64,000 nt of DNA from Octopus sinensis (GCF_006345805.1 NC_043006.1:19220001-19284000), one strand, 5' to 3'; positions 28,394-42,169 are shown, counted from the stretch's first letter. Notes: generated by a model not told the origin, from the sequence alone. Numbers and translations are program-made.

Positions 28394-29589
28394 GCACACA
28401 CACATATATATAATATATATATACTCACATATATATATGTATATATATACACACGTATATGTATATATATACACACATATATATTTATATATAGATATAT
28501 ATATACACACATATGTATATATATATACATACATATATATACACGTACACACACACACACACACACACACACGTGTGTGTGTGTGTGTGTGTGTGGGGGA
28601 GAGAGAGAGAAAGAGAGAGAGAAAGACAGAGATGTGCGTGGGTACGTGTATATGTATGTGTGTTTTTATTTTGTTTCCCACCATCGCCTGACAACTTGTG
28701 TTGGCTCGTTTTCTTCCGCTAAATATTTCAAGGCGAAGCTTCAGCATGGCCGCGATCCAACGACTGAAGCAAGTAAAAGAGAAATACACACGCATGTATA
28801 AGCATACAACGACTCGTATATGTTTTCGAGTATTCTTTTTCTCTACGCTATAAAAAAAAATCGTTTATAGATTAGAAGAAATGTATGTAAAATTTTAGAG
28901 TTCTCTATATTTTCTGCAATTTATCTGATGCTACCTAATCAACAAATTTAATTAGAAATGAAATTAACTGTAGATTAACTGTATCTAATTGTTTATTGTT
29001 TTCATTTTATGGTGTAATTTTTGTGTGCACATTATTGTTTATCGCGTTTGTCTTCTATATTCTCAAAAAACGTTAATTGCCAACAGCGCGTCACTTAGCG
29101 TTAAAAATTAGTTTAAGATACGCTAATATGCGTTATCTACGTTCTTTCTTTTATAATTATACTTTGAAAACATTTCTACGAAAACTATACAAAATGGATG
29201 AATGGGAGTAACTTTAGAATTACTGTTCGTTCTATCATTTAAGATTCTTCACTAGATAGCTAAGTGAGGTGAGCGTTGCAAAACTAGAAGTTAACCGTCT
29301 TAACGCTAGAGTGTAAAGGTAGACTGTCTGCCAACTCAAACTACACAAAAGCATGATAAAATGAGTTAAGAATTGGGTCTCAAGTATTAACACATTGGTT
29401 TCATTCAATGTGTGTGTGTGTGTGTGTGCCGGCACATCCATCTATCTACATCCAGTCATACCTTGTGTGTGCAGTTATATATCATTATCCAGTCAGCTTC
29501 CACTGTAGTGATTAACGTACCACTGTACTGAGTAATGTTACTAGTTATGATATACACGCCATATGTAGGTGAAAATTTAAGATGTAAGC

Positions 29590-29885
29590 TGCAGCGTTGC
29601 TGTGTGGTAAGAAGTTTGTTTCCCAACCGGGTTCAGTTTCCCTGCATGACGCCTTGAGCAAGTGCCTTGTTCTAAAGCCTCGGACCTACTAAATCCTTTT
29701 GATTGCATTTGGTAGACAGAAACTGAAAGAAGCCCATCGTATGTATATATACACGTGTGTGTGTGTATGTGTGTCTGCGTGTGTGTTTGTGTATGTTCCA
29801 CCACTGCTTGATAAGGGTATTGGTGTATTTATGCTCATGCACCTTAGCGGTTCGAAAAGAGGCTGATAGAATAAGTGCCTGGCTT
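29590..29885 (+). mobile_element. SINE family B (diverged)
   Basis: gctgtgtggtaagaagtttg...ttggtagacagaaactgaaagaagccc...cttagcggttcg...atagaataagt. Confidence 0.75.
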
Positions 29886-30385
29886 ATTGTTTGGACGAAA
29901 TTCGCGTAGCCATGTTCGGAGGAAAGATGGTAACTCCTATTCGTCGAAAAACACAATTCCTACCATAAAGTTTGGAGGTGGCAACATCATGGTGTTGGGG
30001 TGTTTCTCTGCAAATGGTACTGGCAATTTACATGTGATAGATGGTAGAATGAATGCATAGATGTACTAAAATATTTTGAACAATAATTTATAGGACTCTG
30101 TAGAAAAGCTCCAGCTTTGTGAAGGGTGGGTTTTACAACAGGATAACGACCCTAAGCAGACGGCGAAGTCTACCAAAAGTGGATTGTCGATCACAATATA
30201 AAATTATTAGAATGGCCAAGCCACTCACTTGACTTGAACCCCATTGAAAATTTGTGGCGTTATTTGAAAATTAAAATTCATTCAAGAGCCCCAACGTGCA
30301 TTGCAGATTTGAAGAAAATTTGTCAAGAAGAATGGGGGGGGGGGAATTCCTAAAGAAACATGCGAGTCATTGATTAAGAACTACA
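29886..30385 (+). mobile_element. Tc1-like transposase C-terminal half (pseudogene)
   Basis: [59 protein letters not shown]; stops and frameshifts; cut by the PLE at 30386. Confidence 0.9.
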
Positions 30386-30780
30386 AGACACAACAGAATA
30401 TGCTTTAACACAATAATGCACATGAAGAATCTTGCAAACCAAATCCAAAAACGAAATAAAATAAGCTTTGCCCAAGCTAGCAAGACGCTGAGAAACACCG
30501 TGTGCTGTATAAAAATCAAGATAGACCCGACAGCTCCACTTCATTAAAACATGCATCTCCTCCAAGCTATACACAAAATCTGTCAATTCTTCTATCAAAG
30601 GGCTAGGACTCTCAGAACATCAATCAAGAAAACTAAAACACACAATGTTACAAAACACGAAAAAGAAAATATACACAGAAATCAACCTGTACCAAAAACG
30701 TGAGACATTCCTGCTGCATGAACTAAAAAACACCACTACTCGACATGAAAGAGACAGGTTCATGACAAACACCCAAGAAT

Positions 30781-31167
30781 GGATGGAAGCACTCCGTCGG
30801 TTACGGCGACGAGGGTTCCGGTTGATCCGAATCAACGGAACAGACTGCTCGTGAAATTAACGTGTAGGTGGCTGAGCACTCCACAGACACGTGTACCCTT
30901 AACGTAGTTCTCGGGGATATTCAGCGTGACACAGAAAGTGACAAGGTCGGCCCTTTGAAATACAGGTACAACAGAAACAGGAAGTAAGAGTGAGAGAAAG
31001 TTGTGGTGAAAGAGCACAGCAGGGATCACCACCATCCCCTGCCGGAGCCTCATGGAACTTTTAGGTGTTTTCGCTCAATAAACACTCACAACGCCCGGTC
31101 TGGGAATCGAAACCGCGATCCTATGACCGCGAGTCCGCTGCCCTAACCACTGGGCCATTGCGCCTCC
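30781..31167 (-). mobile_element. SINE family A, full length, 10-11 bp TSD
   Basis: tRNA-like head ggaggcgcaatggcccagtggttagggcagcggactcgcgg; tail ccgacggagtgcttcca; TSD (c)acccaagaat at 30770-30780 and 31168-31178. Confidence 0.93.
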
Positions 31168-34100
31168 CACCCAAGAATATCGCCGAGTTAACCATGCCTG
31201 TAACAAACACTTCAACGATAAACTCAAGTGGATGAAATAGCAACAACAACGTTCCCAGCATGGTAGGAATCATTACAAATACCCAAACAATATCGACGGG
31301 ATTGTCATGTCAGAATGTTAACTACCAGAGGACTTCAACGCCAGGACACCGGAAAACATTACCACAATCAACATCAACATCAATTACACCTCTGCAATAT
31401 TTGGTTCAGTACAGCTAGATACAGATGAAATGCACGCTTTAGAGTTGCCACCAAAATTCGCTGCGTATAAAAAGGTCAGAAAAATTGATTGCCTATCTGA
31501 GATTGAAAAAAACGTTCTTAAAATTAAGATGGAGGTTAGGACAATACAATAACAAACAACAACAGAAACATAAGAAAACAAAACAACAATAACAAAAGCA
31601 GTGTTGATGACAACAACAACAGTGGCAATAACAATAACAACAACGACAACAACAACATTCCTTACTCAGACAACTATAACAACAACACAAGCGTTCGAAA
31701 TAGAAACAACTGTTATAATAACAACAACAGTATCAATGATGATAGCAACAGTAACAACAACATCCCACACACGGTCAACAACACCAACCACATCCTCCAC
31801 ACCACTACCAACAATGACAACAATAGGCACAGCACAAGCACTGCCACCAGCAACAACAACAACAATGCCAGTAACTATAACAACAACAGCCAGAACGATA
31901 ATAACACTCTACACTCTGTCTTCTATAACTCTAGCAAGAAATCTTATGACAAGGATCTACCCCACAGACTTACCCTTTAACAAAATGTTATGTATCTCAC
32001 CCCAAATTGACAGTGAAACAAAAGCAAAGATCTTCTTAGATACAAATAGACCCCGCCATATCTTACACCGATACAACAAATCCACTAAAAAACACAGTGA
32101 GGAGGGGATCCATTAAATCAGTCCATCTTTTGACGAAGGCCTACAAAAACTGAAACAGCGAATTAGGGACAGAGAATTAGTGTACCTCCTTACGGACAAG
32201 TCTGGCAGACTGTCAATAGATAACCCACAGAACTATGCCCAGATCATGCGACAACACATCAGTAGCATGAGAGAAGTTGCACCACAGGAACATGAAAGAG
32301 TGGAAAAACTCCTCAATGCACACATGGGAATGTTGTGCAACATACTCCAACCAATCAAAAGGACGGCACACCATTTCCAAGCATCCAGCAATGATGTTCC
32401 TATACTATACGGTTTACGCAAAGACCACAAACCCTACATAAACCTTGTCATGTGTCCCCTAACCAGAATAACCTAAGCGAATATCTCCAGCAACTATTAA
32501 TTACCCTACTTCCTCTCACAGGTATTACGACCTCTCATAGAGATGTCTCCAGATATCTGTATCAGCAAGGATGATTTCAGTAAAATCAGTATTTGCAACC
32601 ACTCCAACGTCCTGGCAAGTTGTGTAGTGCGGGTAGTATGGATGTGATTTCACTCTACCCATCTATTGACAGATTTTGCTGTGGATAAATACATTCAGGT
32701 AATCTGTGAGAGTAACGTGGAGTTCTGTAAGGTCAACAAGAGGGAACTGGACCTCCTCCTCAGTGACTACTTAGATGACCATGACCTCAGTAGATTCTGC
32801 ACCACCAGGTCACAGAGGGCAAGACCAACCACCATCACTTCAGCAGTGAAAAAAAGCACCACAGAGCGCTGGAGTAGCTGGACCGCACCCGCCCAAAACC
32901 CTGAGAACAACAATCAGGCGAAAGAAATGATTGCACATGCAATAGGGGCCAGTGTAAATACCACCCTGAAGAACCACATAGTAAAGTTTAATAAAAACAA
33001 TACATGCAGTTTCAGTGTGAAACCATCGGTGTTGGTGTATCTGGAGATATGGCCGACCTCTTCATGACCTGGTGGGACGGAAAACTTAAGCAAATGTTAG
33101 CAGAACAGTCCACAGCCCCTCTGCTCTACAGACGATATGTAGATGACATTAATATCATAGTTAGGACCAACTCTAGTAACGGTGGTGTAGAAACTGAGAG
33201 GAACGTAATGGAGAGCATCCAGCATGTAGGTAACTCCATCCACGAAAGTATCAAGGTAACTATAGATTACCCCACTAAGCACCCCAACAATAGATTCCCC
33301 GTACTTGATACTGAACTTTAGTTAGAGACTGTGAACAGTAGAGTGCAGCTCCTGCACTCCGATTACATGAAACGTATAGCTTCAAAATATGTTGTTCACA
33401 AGAACTCAGCTTTGTCACACAACATGAAAATTAACATACTAATAGCAGACTTTGTTAGAATACTGAACAATGTGTCCCCACAATGCGAACCCTATGAAAT
33501 GAAAAAACATATACAGAAATTCATACACCGCATGCAGTTCTCTGGATATGATCGGAAAGATAGGGTTCGAGAATACAGTGGGGGGCTAGAAAGAAATTAG
33601 ACAACATTATACGTAATGATATCAGTGGTACCTGCCCTAGATATAGAAACAAAGACTGGGATAGGATACAAGTAACTTGTGACAAAGCAAACAGGATGAA
33701 CCTGTGGTATAAAACCGACAAATATCAAGGAGTGATGTTTGTAGAGGCCACAGCCCATGGAGAACTAGCCCGTAGATTTAGGAAACCTCTGAAGGAGACC
33801 AAACTCAACATTAAGGTTGTTGAAAAGCCAGGGAACTCCGTCAGATCACAACTATGTAGGACGTATCCCTTTGAGAAAACTATATGCACCAATGATAACT
33901 GCATGGCATGTAGGATTAGCCCTGGCATTAACTGTAAAACTCGAAATGTATGTTACAGCATAAGATGTATAGAATGTGCTTGTAAAGACATGGACATAAC
34001 ATTCATAGGGGAGACACCTAGGAGCATTGCGGAACGACGACGGAATGAACATTTGAGGCAATATGACGACAAAAAACAGTCCTCTATACTCTACCAATAT

Positions 34101-34949
34101 GCCAAGGACCATCATGGAGGCAACCTGGGTCAACTTGACATCAACATCTTTTCCCGGCACCCAAAGTACCCAACATTCAGACAAATACGAGAGTACGTCC
34201 CCGTAAATAAAACTTTCCCAATACTAAATAGGAAATATACAGAGTAGATATCATACCCCCATACTCACAGTTTACACAGGTAGAGTTGTGGACTGTTATG
34301 TAGATAGATGTATGTATATATATATATGTATATGTATATGCACATATATTTAAGCATATGGATATGAAAGTAAACAGGTCAACATACAGACGGATAGGTA
34401 CATAGGTTATATGAACAGACAAGCAGACATACGCAAATGAAGACTGAAACACATGACTATATATACACACACACGTTACTTCACGCAAGGACACATATGG
34501 AGACACGTGTCCACACATATGGAGATGCACATCCATACATACAAACACGGTACATAGTTGCAAAAGTACACACACATACGCACATGCACACACAAGGAGA
34601 CAGAGGTACACACACACACATATACAAACACAGATACGCACACATACACGCACACACACATGGATAAAAACACAAATACGGACATACGAACGCATGAATA
34701 TGGAGAATACATACATAGAAACGTACACACACACACATATATATATATACATATGCACAAACATACATGTATACACACATGCATACATACATAAGACATG
34801 CATGTATAGGCACACATACATACATGCAAGTATAGGAACACACACATACATGCATGTATGTACAGGCACAAACACACACACACACTGATCCACATACATG
34901 CACACAAACGAACAAAAAGGAACGCAGTGTGTGTAACGAACAGTCAAAA

Positions 34950-34986
34950 CTATTGAAAAGGTTGCTAGACGCAACGAAAATTTTAG
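34950..34986 (+). ncRNA. Degenerate minimal hammerhead-like motif in the PLE 3' pLTR
   Basis: cta-ttgaaaa-g-GTTGC tagac GCAAC-GAAA-at-TT-tag; the core is two transitions away from CTGAAGA. Confidence 0.6.
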
Positions 34987-35146
34987 AAAAATAAAAAAGA
35001 GAGATAAGAGGAAATTTTACAGGTGAGTGTGTTAAATTATAAGGCACCAAAAGAGAATGACTTTCCCCAGACACAACAGAATATGTTTAAACGCACGATC
35101 TCACATAAAGAATGTTGCAAACCAAATCCAAAAACGAAGTAAAATA

Positions 35147-35178
35147 TATACATATATATACACATATATACACATATA

Positions 35179-35222
<44 letters not shown>

Positions 35223-35412
35223 GTGTATATATATATATATATATATGTGTGTGTAATATATATATGTATATATATATATATATGTGGTGTAATACATATA
35301 TGTATATATATAGTATATATGTATGTATATATATGTATATATATGTATATATGTATGTATATATATGTATATTAATATTGTATATATATATATATATATG
35401 TATATATATGTG

Positions 35413-35444
<32 letters not shown>

Positions 35445-36670
35445 GGTATATATATGTATATATATATATATGTATATATATGTATTAATATGTATATATA
35501 TTATATGTATATATATGTAATATCTATATTATATGTATATATATGTGTATATATATTATATATATGTATATATATGTATATATATATATATAGTATATAT
35601 GTATATGTATATATATGTATATGTATATATATGTATATATATGTATAATTATATATATGTATGTATATATATGTATATATATATATGTATATATTGTATA
35701 TATATGTATGTATATATATGTATATATATGTATATATATATATGTATATATATGTATATATATATATGTATATATAATATGTATATATATGTATATATAA
35801 TATGTATATATATGTATATATTATATATGTATATATATGTATATATATATATGTATATATATATATGTATAGATATATGTAATCTATGATATATATATAT
35901 GTATATATATATATGTATATATATGTATATATATGTAATATATATATATATGTAGATATATGTATATATATATATATATATGTATATATATGTATATGTA
36001 TGTATATTGTATGTATATGTATATGTATGTATATGTATATGTATGTAATATGTATATGTATATGTATTATATGTATTGTATGTATATGTATATGTATATG
36101 TATGTATATTGTATATATTGTATATGTATATATATGTATATGTATATATATGTATATGTATGTATATGTAATATATGTATATGTATATATGTATTGTATA
36201 TGTATAATATGTATATGTATATGTATGTATATGTATATATATGATATGTATATATAATGTTATATTGTATATGTATATGTATGTATATGTATATGTATGT
36301 ATATGTATATATATATGTATATGTATATATATGATATATATATATGTATATATATATGTATATTGTATATTATATATATGTATATATATGTATATATATG
36401 TATGTATATGTATATATATGTATATGTATATATATGTATGTATATGTATATGTATATATATGTATGTATATGTATATATATGTATATGTATATATATGTA
36501 TATATATGTATATGTATATATGTATGTATATGTATATATGTATGTATATGTATATATGTATATATATGTATGTATATGTATATATGTATATATATGTATG
36601 TATATGTATATATGTATGTATATGTATATATATATATGTAATATATATATATATATGTATATATGTGTAT
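35147..36670. repeat. (TA)n/(TATG)n/(TATATG)n microsatellite array
   Basis: Direct reading. Confidence 0.95.
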
Positions 36671-37014
36671 AAAGGGTAAAGACCCCCTTCGGTCATGAGT
36701 GACCTTGGGTTTGCACCTAGAAAGTTACCCTCCCAGGACAAGTCTGGGCAAGGTTGTTATGGAAGGCCAGCAGTCGCCCATGCATAGCGGCCTCCCTCTC
36801 CACGCCACCAGTGTTGTGGTCCAAGGGAAAGACAAAGGTCGATACAGCTAGCACCAGTGACGTCGCAACTCATTTCTACAGCTGACGAGTGAACTGGAGC
36901 AACGTGAAATAAAGTGTCTTGCTCAAGACACAACATGCAGCCCGGTCCGGGATTCGAGCTCACAACCTCACGATCGTAAGCTCGATGCTCTAACCACTGA
37001 GCATGCGCCTCCAC
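36671..37014 (-). mobile_element. tRNA-headed SINE family C (CORE-like gtcttgagcaagacacttt segment)
   Basis: Head gtggaggcgcatgctcagtggttagagc..ctcgaatccc; the body recurs at 61990-62095 and 62600-62850. Confidence 0.88.
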
Positions 37015-37189
37015 ACTATATGTGTATATATATATATATATATAATATGTGTATAATTATATATTATATATATATGTGATATATAGTATATATATATATG
37101 TGTTATAATAATAAATATTAGGAATAAATACAAATTTACAGGGAAAAAATCAGATTAGGATTGAATCCAAATTTATAGTAAAATATTAT

Positions 37190-37488
37190 ATTATATTAAA
37201 TTAGAGACAAAACCACTATTATGCAAATCAAACAAAGAAAGACTTAAGCCAATACATAAAATAATTTATATAAATTTAGAAATTTAACAATTATAAATAA
37301 CCACTATATTAAATTAGAGACAAAACCACTATTATGCAAATCAAACAAAGAAAGACTTAAGCCAATACATAAAATAATTTATTTAAAATTTAGAAATTTA
37401 ACAATTATAAATAACCACTATATTAAATAAGAGACAACACCACTATTATGCAAATCAAACAAAGAAAGACTTAAGCCAATGCATAAAT
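37190..37488 (+). repeat. 113-bp tandem repeat, ~2.6 copies
   Basis: ttagagacaaaacc-type marker at 37201, 37314 and 37428. Confidence 0.9.
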
Positions 37489-38094
37489 TTGTTTGTGTGT
37501 GTATATGTGTGTGAGTGAGTGTGTGTTCGTTAGTTTAGTGTGAAGCTAGGTACAAAGATTTCTATGCAGGGGATTTCGTTAACTTTCGTTAACAGGGCTA
37601 CCTTTGGTAAATATTTCTAAAGTGCATTACCCATAAGTGTTATGTTTCTCAAGAAATCTGAAATCTCTAAGATAATTTGGAGGGGAAAAGAAACCCAAAT
37701 TTCTTCAAACGTATGATAATACTTTGTTGTTATAAGGCAACAATAATATAATATCAATAATATATCTAGAGTATACTGAACGCCAGTTAGAATTCGTTTC
37801 CATTTACCTAGTACCACAATTTCATTATTTGCTTCTGTTAGCACTTAATTATAAACTTACATATTACCATTCTTGCTGTCAAAAAATCTATGTGAATCTA
37901 TTAAGAAAATTACAGATGGTTCCAATATTGGATAAAATCGGTTTATTTGTTCTTCTGTCAATTGTTTATATATCTCATTGGTTTAAATTACCAATATTCT
38001 AAAATACCTTTCTTCCCACTTTAGATAGTTAACTATATGTAATCACTAACGTTGACAATGGTTTTGATTTAAGTCCTCCTCATTATTATTATTA

Positions 38095-38144
<50 letters not shown>

Positions 38145-38773
38145 GGTTTCCAATATTTGACAAGCATGCTAAATCAACATCTTTGCGCCTGCGCATATTT
38201 TTATCTCTGATTGCAAATATGTATGTCTAAGAGGAACAAGGTTTAAGAAATATTCTGTTGTATATCACTTAAAAGGAAAGGAATTAGAAAACTTGAATAT
38301 GAAGAGAAAAAAAAAACTGGCGGGTTGCCAGATAGGAATGCTGTTCTATGATGGTATTAAGAAATGAGAGGGTGGGATGTTTGTATATGGAGTTTTTAGC
38401 ATATTGGGCAAGTGGTGTGAGTGTGGTTTGTTGGGGTGTTTATTGGTGAGAAGAAATGTGTAAAGTGTAGAATTATTGTGGTGGGTGTTACTCGAGTGTG
38501 AAGCGTTGGTTTGTGTGTGAGTAGAGCGTGGAAGTTAGGACGTTAGAGTGAGCGCGAGTTTGGGGTAAACGGGAAGGCAAGTGGTTCTGACAGAAATGTA
38601 GGCACAAGTATTAACTTGAGAAGGTCTGGCGTGAAATAAATTTATAAACAAACGAGGCGAAAATGGGAAAAAAATTGAGAGTTCAAGGAAAAAAGAAGAG
38701 CAATAAAAAAATTAGAGAGAAAATGGAGAAAAAATTACTTACAGAAATGTTGTGTAGAATGTAGTGTCTTAAG

Positions 38774-39143
38774 TTGTTGTTGGCACTCCGTCGCTTACGA
38801 CGATGAGGGTTCCAGTTGATCCGATCAACGGAACAGCCTGTTCGTGAAATTAACGTGCATATGGCTGAGCACTCCACAGACGCGTGTACTCTTAACGTAG
38901 TTCTCGGGCATATTCAACGTGACACAGAGTGTGACAAGGCTGGTCCATTGAATTACAGACACAACAGAAACGAGAAGTAAGAGTGAGAGAAAGTTGTGAT
39001 TCGCCACCATCGCCTGCCGGAGCCTCGTGAAGCTTTAAGTGTTTTAGCTCAATAAACACTCACAACCCCCGGTCTGGGAATCGAAACTGCGATCCTATGA
39101 CCGCGAGTCCGCTGCCCTAACCACTGGGCCATTGCGCCTCCAC
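38774..39143 (-). mobile_element. SINE family A, full length, 11-bp TSD, (CAA)n tail
   Basis: TSD agtgtcttaag at 38763-38773 and 39144-39154. Confidence 0.93.
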
Positions 39144-39214
39144 AGTGTCTTAAGTATGGTAAGTGAAAGGTAAGAGAAATAGTAAAAATGTAAGTGTACA
39201 TGTAGAGATGTAAA

Positions 39215-39780
39215 GTGTTATGTCACGGAAGAAAGAACATTTTTCATCAGTGTTTTTCTCCAATTTTACCGCCTTCTCAGTCATTTCTTTTCACAAACTC
39301 ACCCTTTTTTCTCAATTTCTCTTCTTTTGCTCTTATATTTCTTCCACGTCACACGCGTATACCATTGCACACACATGCCTCTTGCCTTCCTTTGGTTGCA
39401 CCCGCTACTACCTCCTCACTTCCGTCCTTTACTTACACTGTATTGTGTTAAACACACACCAACACTGCACACCCTCACTAACCCATACCTCAGTACCTCC
39501 ACATTTGCACACTTCTACATAAATACTCTCATTACCTCCTTCCTTCTTAACTTTCCCCGTAGAACGACATTCCAGCATGGCTTCAAACCACTCAACGGTA
39601 CTTTTATTATCTAATTTTCTTTCTTAGACAGACAATAATTTATATATCCTTTCCTATGACGAAGAACTTCTAGCCGAAACGTTAAAAGTTTATCTTCTTT
39701 TTGAGCATTAAGTTAATACACTATGTGTTACAACTTGACCCATACCTGTGTTGTCATATCTCTTTTATCGTTCATTGTAT
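39215..39780 (+). mobile_element. PLE pLTR-type remnant with degenerate hammerhead (about 39650-39688)
   Basis: ttt..atgacgaa-gaacttctagcc-gaaa-cg-tt-aaaa followed by ttctttttgagc..aataca, as in the 19.8 kb copy. Confidence 0.5.
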
Positions 39781-40347
39781 TCGCAATATAATTTAACACT
39801 TATGCGTGAGTGTGCCGTGAACAGAGAAAAGGGGAAAACAAAGTTGAACTCAGTGGTATTTGAACTGAGAGGATAGAGAGACGGAATGTTTAGAGCAAGC
39901 GAATTTGTTACACACTCTAAAGCTACGAATCGTCCACCTTTTGAATGATTTTATACTTACACTCCATACCATGCTTCTGGTAACGTTGATCTCATCGAAA
40001 GCTGATATTTCATCTTTTATGTCACCTCGTGCAATTTTTCCATTAACCTCTCTCTTGTAACTAAGTGTCCTCTAATAACATAGGGTCTAATAAATGTTGA
40101 TTTCGGTCATATGGTAGCATTTTTATGTATTCTATACCTCAAGTCTACTTCATCAGCGATAGAAACTGTTTTCACATTTTCAGAATCTCAAACGTTTCAA
40201 AAATAATAACTGATATAATTTTTCTACATTTGAAGTTTCATCATTTATGATTCTGACCGCAGGTCATGCTTCTCCAGTTTTCAGCTAACCATCCTTTATC
40301 ATTTTACATCAAATACACACGCAATTTCACATATTCTACAGACAAAT

Positions 40348-40789
40348 AGGCGCAGGAGTGGCTGTGTTGTAAGTAGCTTGCTAACCAACCACATGGTTCC
40401 GGGTTCAGTCCCACTGCGTGGCATCTTGGGCAAGTGTCTTTTGCTATAGCCCCGGGCCGACCAATGCCTTGTGAGTGGATTTGGTAGACGGAAACTGAAA
40501 GAAGCCTGTCGTATATTGTATATATATATATATATGTATGTTTTGTGTTTTGTGTGTCTGTGTTTGTCCCCCTAGCATTGCTTGACACACCACCACACAA
40601 ACATATATATATATACACATATATACGACGGGCTTCTTTCAGTTTCCATCTACCAAATCCAATCACAAGGCTTTGGTCGGCCCAAGGCTATAGTAGAAGA
40701 CACTTGCCCAAGGTGCCACGCAGTGGGACTGAACCCGGAACCATGTGGTTGGTAAATAAGCTACTTACCACACAGCCACTCCTGCGCCT
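40348..40789. mobile_element. Two 5' halves of SINE B in inverted (tail-to-tail) orientation
   Basis: Arms 40348-40515 (+) and 40621-40789 (-). Confidence 0.9.
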
Positions 40790-41003
40790 GTTTATATCTC
40801 GCTCAGAGATTTAATATAACATATCTCTCTTTTACGAGACCAGCGACGGTGAGTCGCTAGAAAAGTTTGAAGTATTTTGCGAGTGGAATGAGTTTTCATA
40901 ACTAGCCAGTGATTAACACACGCTGAAGACGGTTAACCACCCAGAAACTAAAGTCTATATCTATTGATTTTAATCAATACCCAGCCGACAGAAGTAATGT
41001 CCC

Positions 41004-41592
41004 TTGACTTACTCTTTACTCTTTTACTTGTTTCAGTCATTTGACTGCGGCCATGCTGGAGCACCGCCTTTAGTCGAGCAAATCGACCCGGGAGTTATTC
41101 TTTGTAAGCTCAGTACTTATTCTTTCGGTCTCTTTTGTCGAACCGCTAAGTTACGGAGACCTAAACACACCAGCATCGGTTGTCAAGCAATGCTAGGGGG
41201 ACAAACACAGACACACGCATATATATATATATACATATATACGACAGGCTTCTTTCAGTTTCCGTCTACCAAATCCACTCACAAGGCTTTGGTCGGCCCG
41301 GGACTATAGCAGAAAACATTTGCCCAAGATGCCACGCAGTGGGACTGAACCCGGAACCATGTGGTTGGTTAGCAAGCTACTTACCACACAGCCACTCCTG
41401 CGCCTATATATATATATATACATATATACGACAGGCTTCTTTCAGTTTCCGTCTACCAAATCCACTCACAAGGCTTTGGTCGGCCCGGGACTATAGCAGA
41501 AAACATTTGCCCAAGGTGCCACGCAGTGGGACTGAACCCGGAACCATGCGGTTGGTTAGCAAGCTACTTACCACACAGCCACTTCTGCGCCT
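41004..41592 (-). mobile_element. Full SINE B (41004-41405) plus a tandem extra head+CORE module (41422-41592)
   Basis: The ~170-bp head module is repeated with a TA spacer. Confidence 0.9.
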
Positions 41593-42169
41593 TAATATAC
41601 AATAGTTTTATAGTAAGCTGTGGGATCAGTGGAACTAGTTTAAATTGTCTTGGGATATCATCAGCAACGTGTAGTTCACCATAGAATTCACACATGACAC
41701 AGCTAGCAGTATCAGCACAATCATCTATTATAATAATACTCCAGTGTTTTTCCCCGTCAGAACATATGAATGAGAAAGGAAGGGGTGACAGATGAATAAA
41801 GAAGGAAGGGTTGATGTTGATGGCAAACTGGTAGGATGGTGAACATTCAACGCTGAAAAGTAAAATCAAACAGCGTTTCAACTCTGCATGCGTATATATT
41901 TTTTTATGTATGTGCGTGTAAAAGGGAAGAATGTGAATGTATGTGAACATTGACAAGTTGATTTACCATCCATATTTATATATAAAATACTACAATTAGC
42001 CGTCATATTTGACGGTACGGGGCCAGCTAGTATAAACATACTTACATATATATATTTATACATATATATATATATATATAATATATATATATATATAACA
42101 CAAACACCTATGTGTATGCGCGCGCATCTGTGTGTCTTTGTTTTTTGTGGTGTATATAATTTTATATAT

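Larger units (their letters stand above)
30386..35146 (+). mobile_element. Near-complete decayed Penelope-like element: long A-B' RT insert, C-terminal GIY-YIG, terminal direct repeat
   Basis: ALELPPKFA / TDKSGRL / LYGLRKDHK / SMDVISLYPSI (32641) / IGVGVSGDMADLFMTWWD (33028) / YRRYVDD / PVLD / MQFSGY / WYK..MFVEAT / KVVEKPG / CTNDNCMAC..NC / VCYSIRCIEC..FIGETPRS..EH. 78-bp direct repeat 30386-30463 vs 35069-35146 (11 mismatches). Confidence 0.88.

Noticed and set aside
31601-32116. 171-aa Thr-rich mucin-like ORF
   Set aside because: It is an alternative frame of a (CAA)n-rich stretch inside the PLE.
38300-39600. Loose inverted symmetry around ~39200 (GT/AG-rich left, AC/CT-rich right)
   Set aside because: Similarity is mostly compositional with only short word matches; I could not align it with confidence.
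41564-41956. 130-aa minus-strand ORF with GELHVADD and a good upstream acceptor, faintly cadherin-like
   Set aside because: No LDRE, DxNDN or AxDxG motifs and no clear donor or partner exons.
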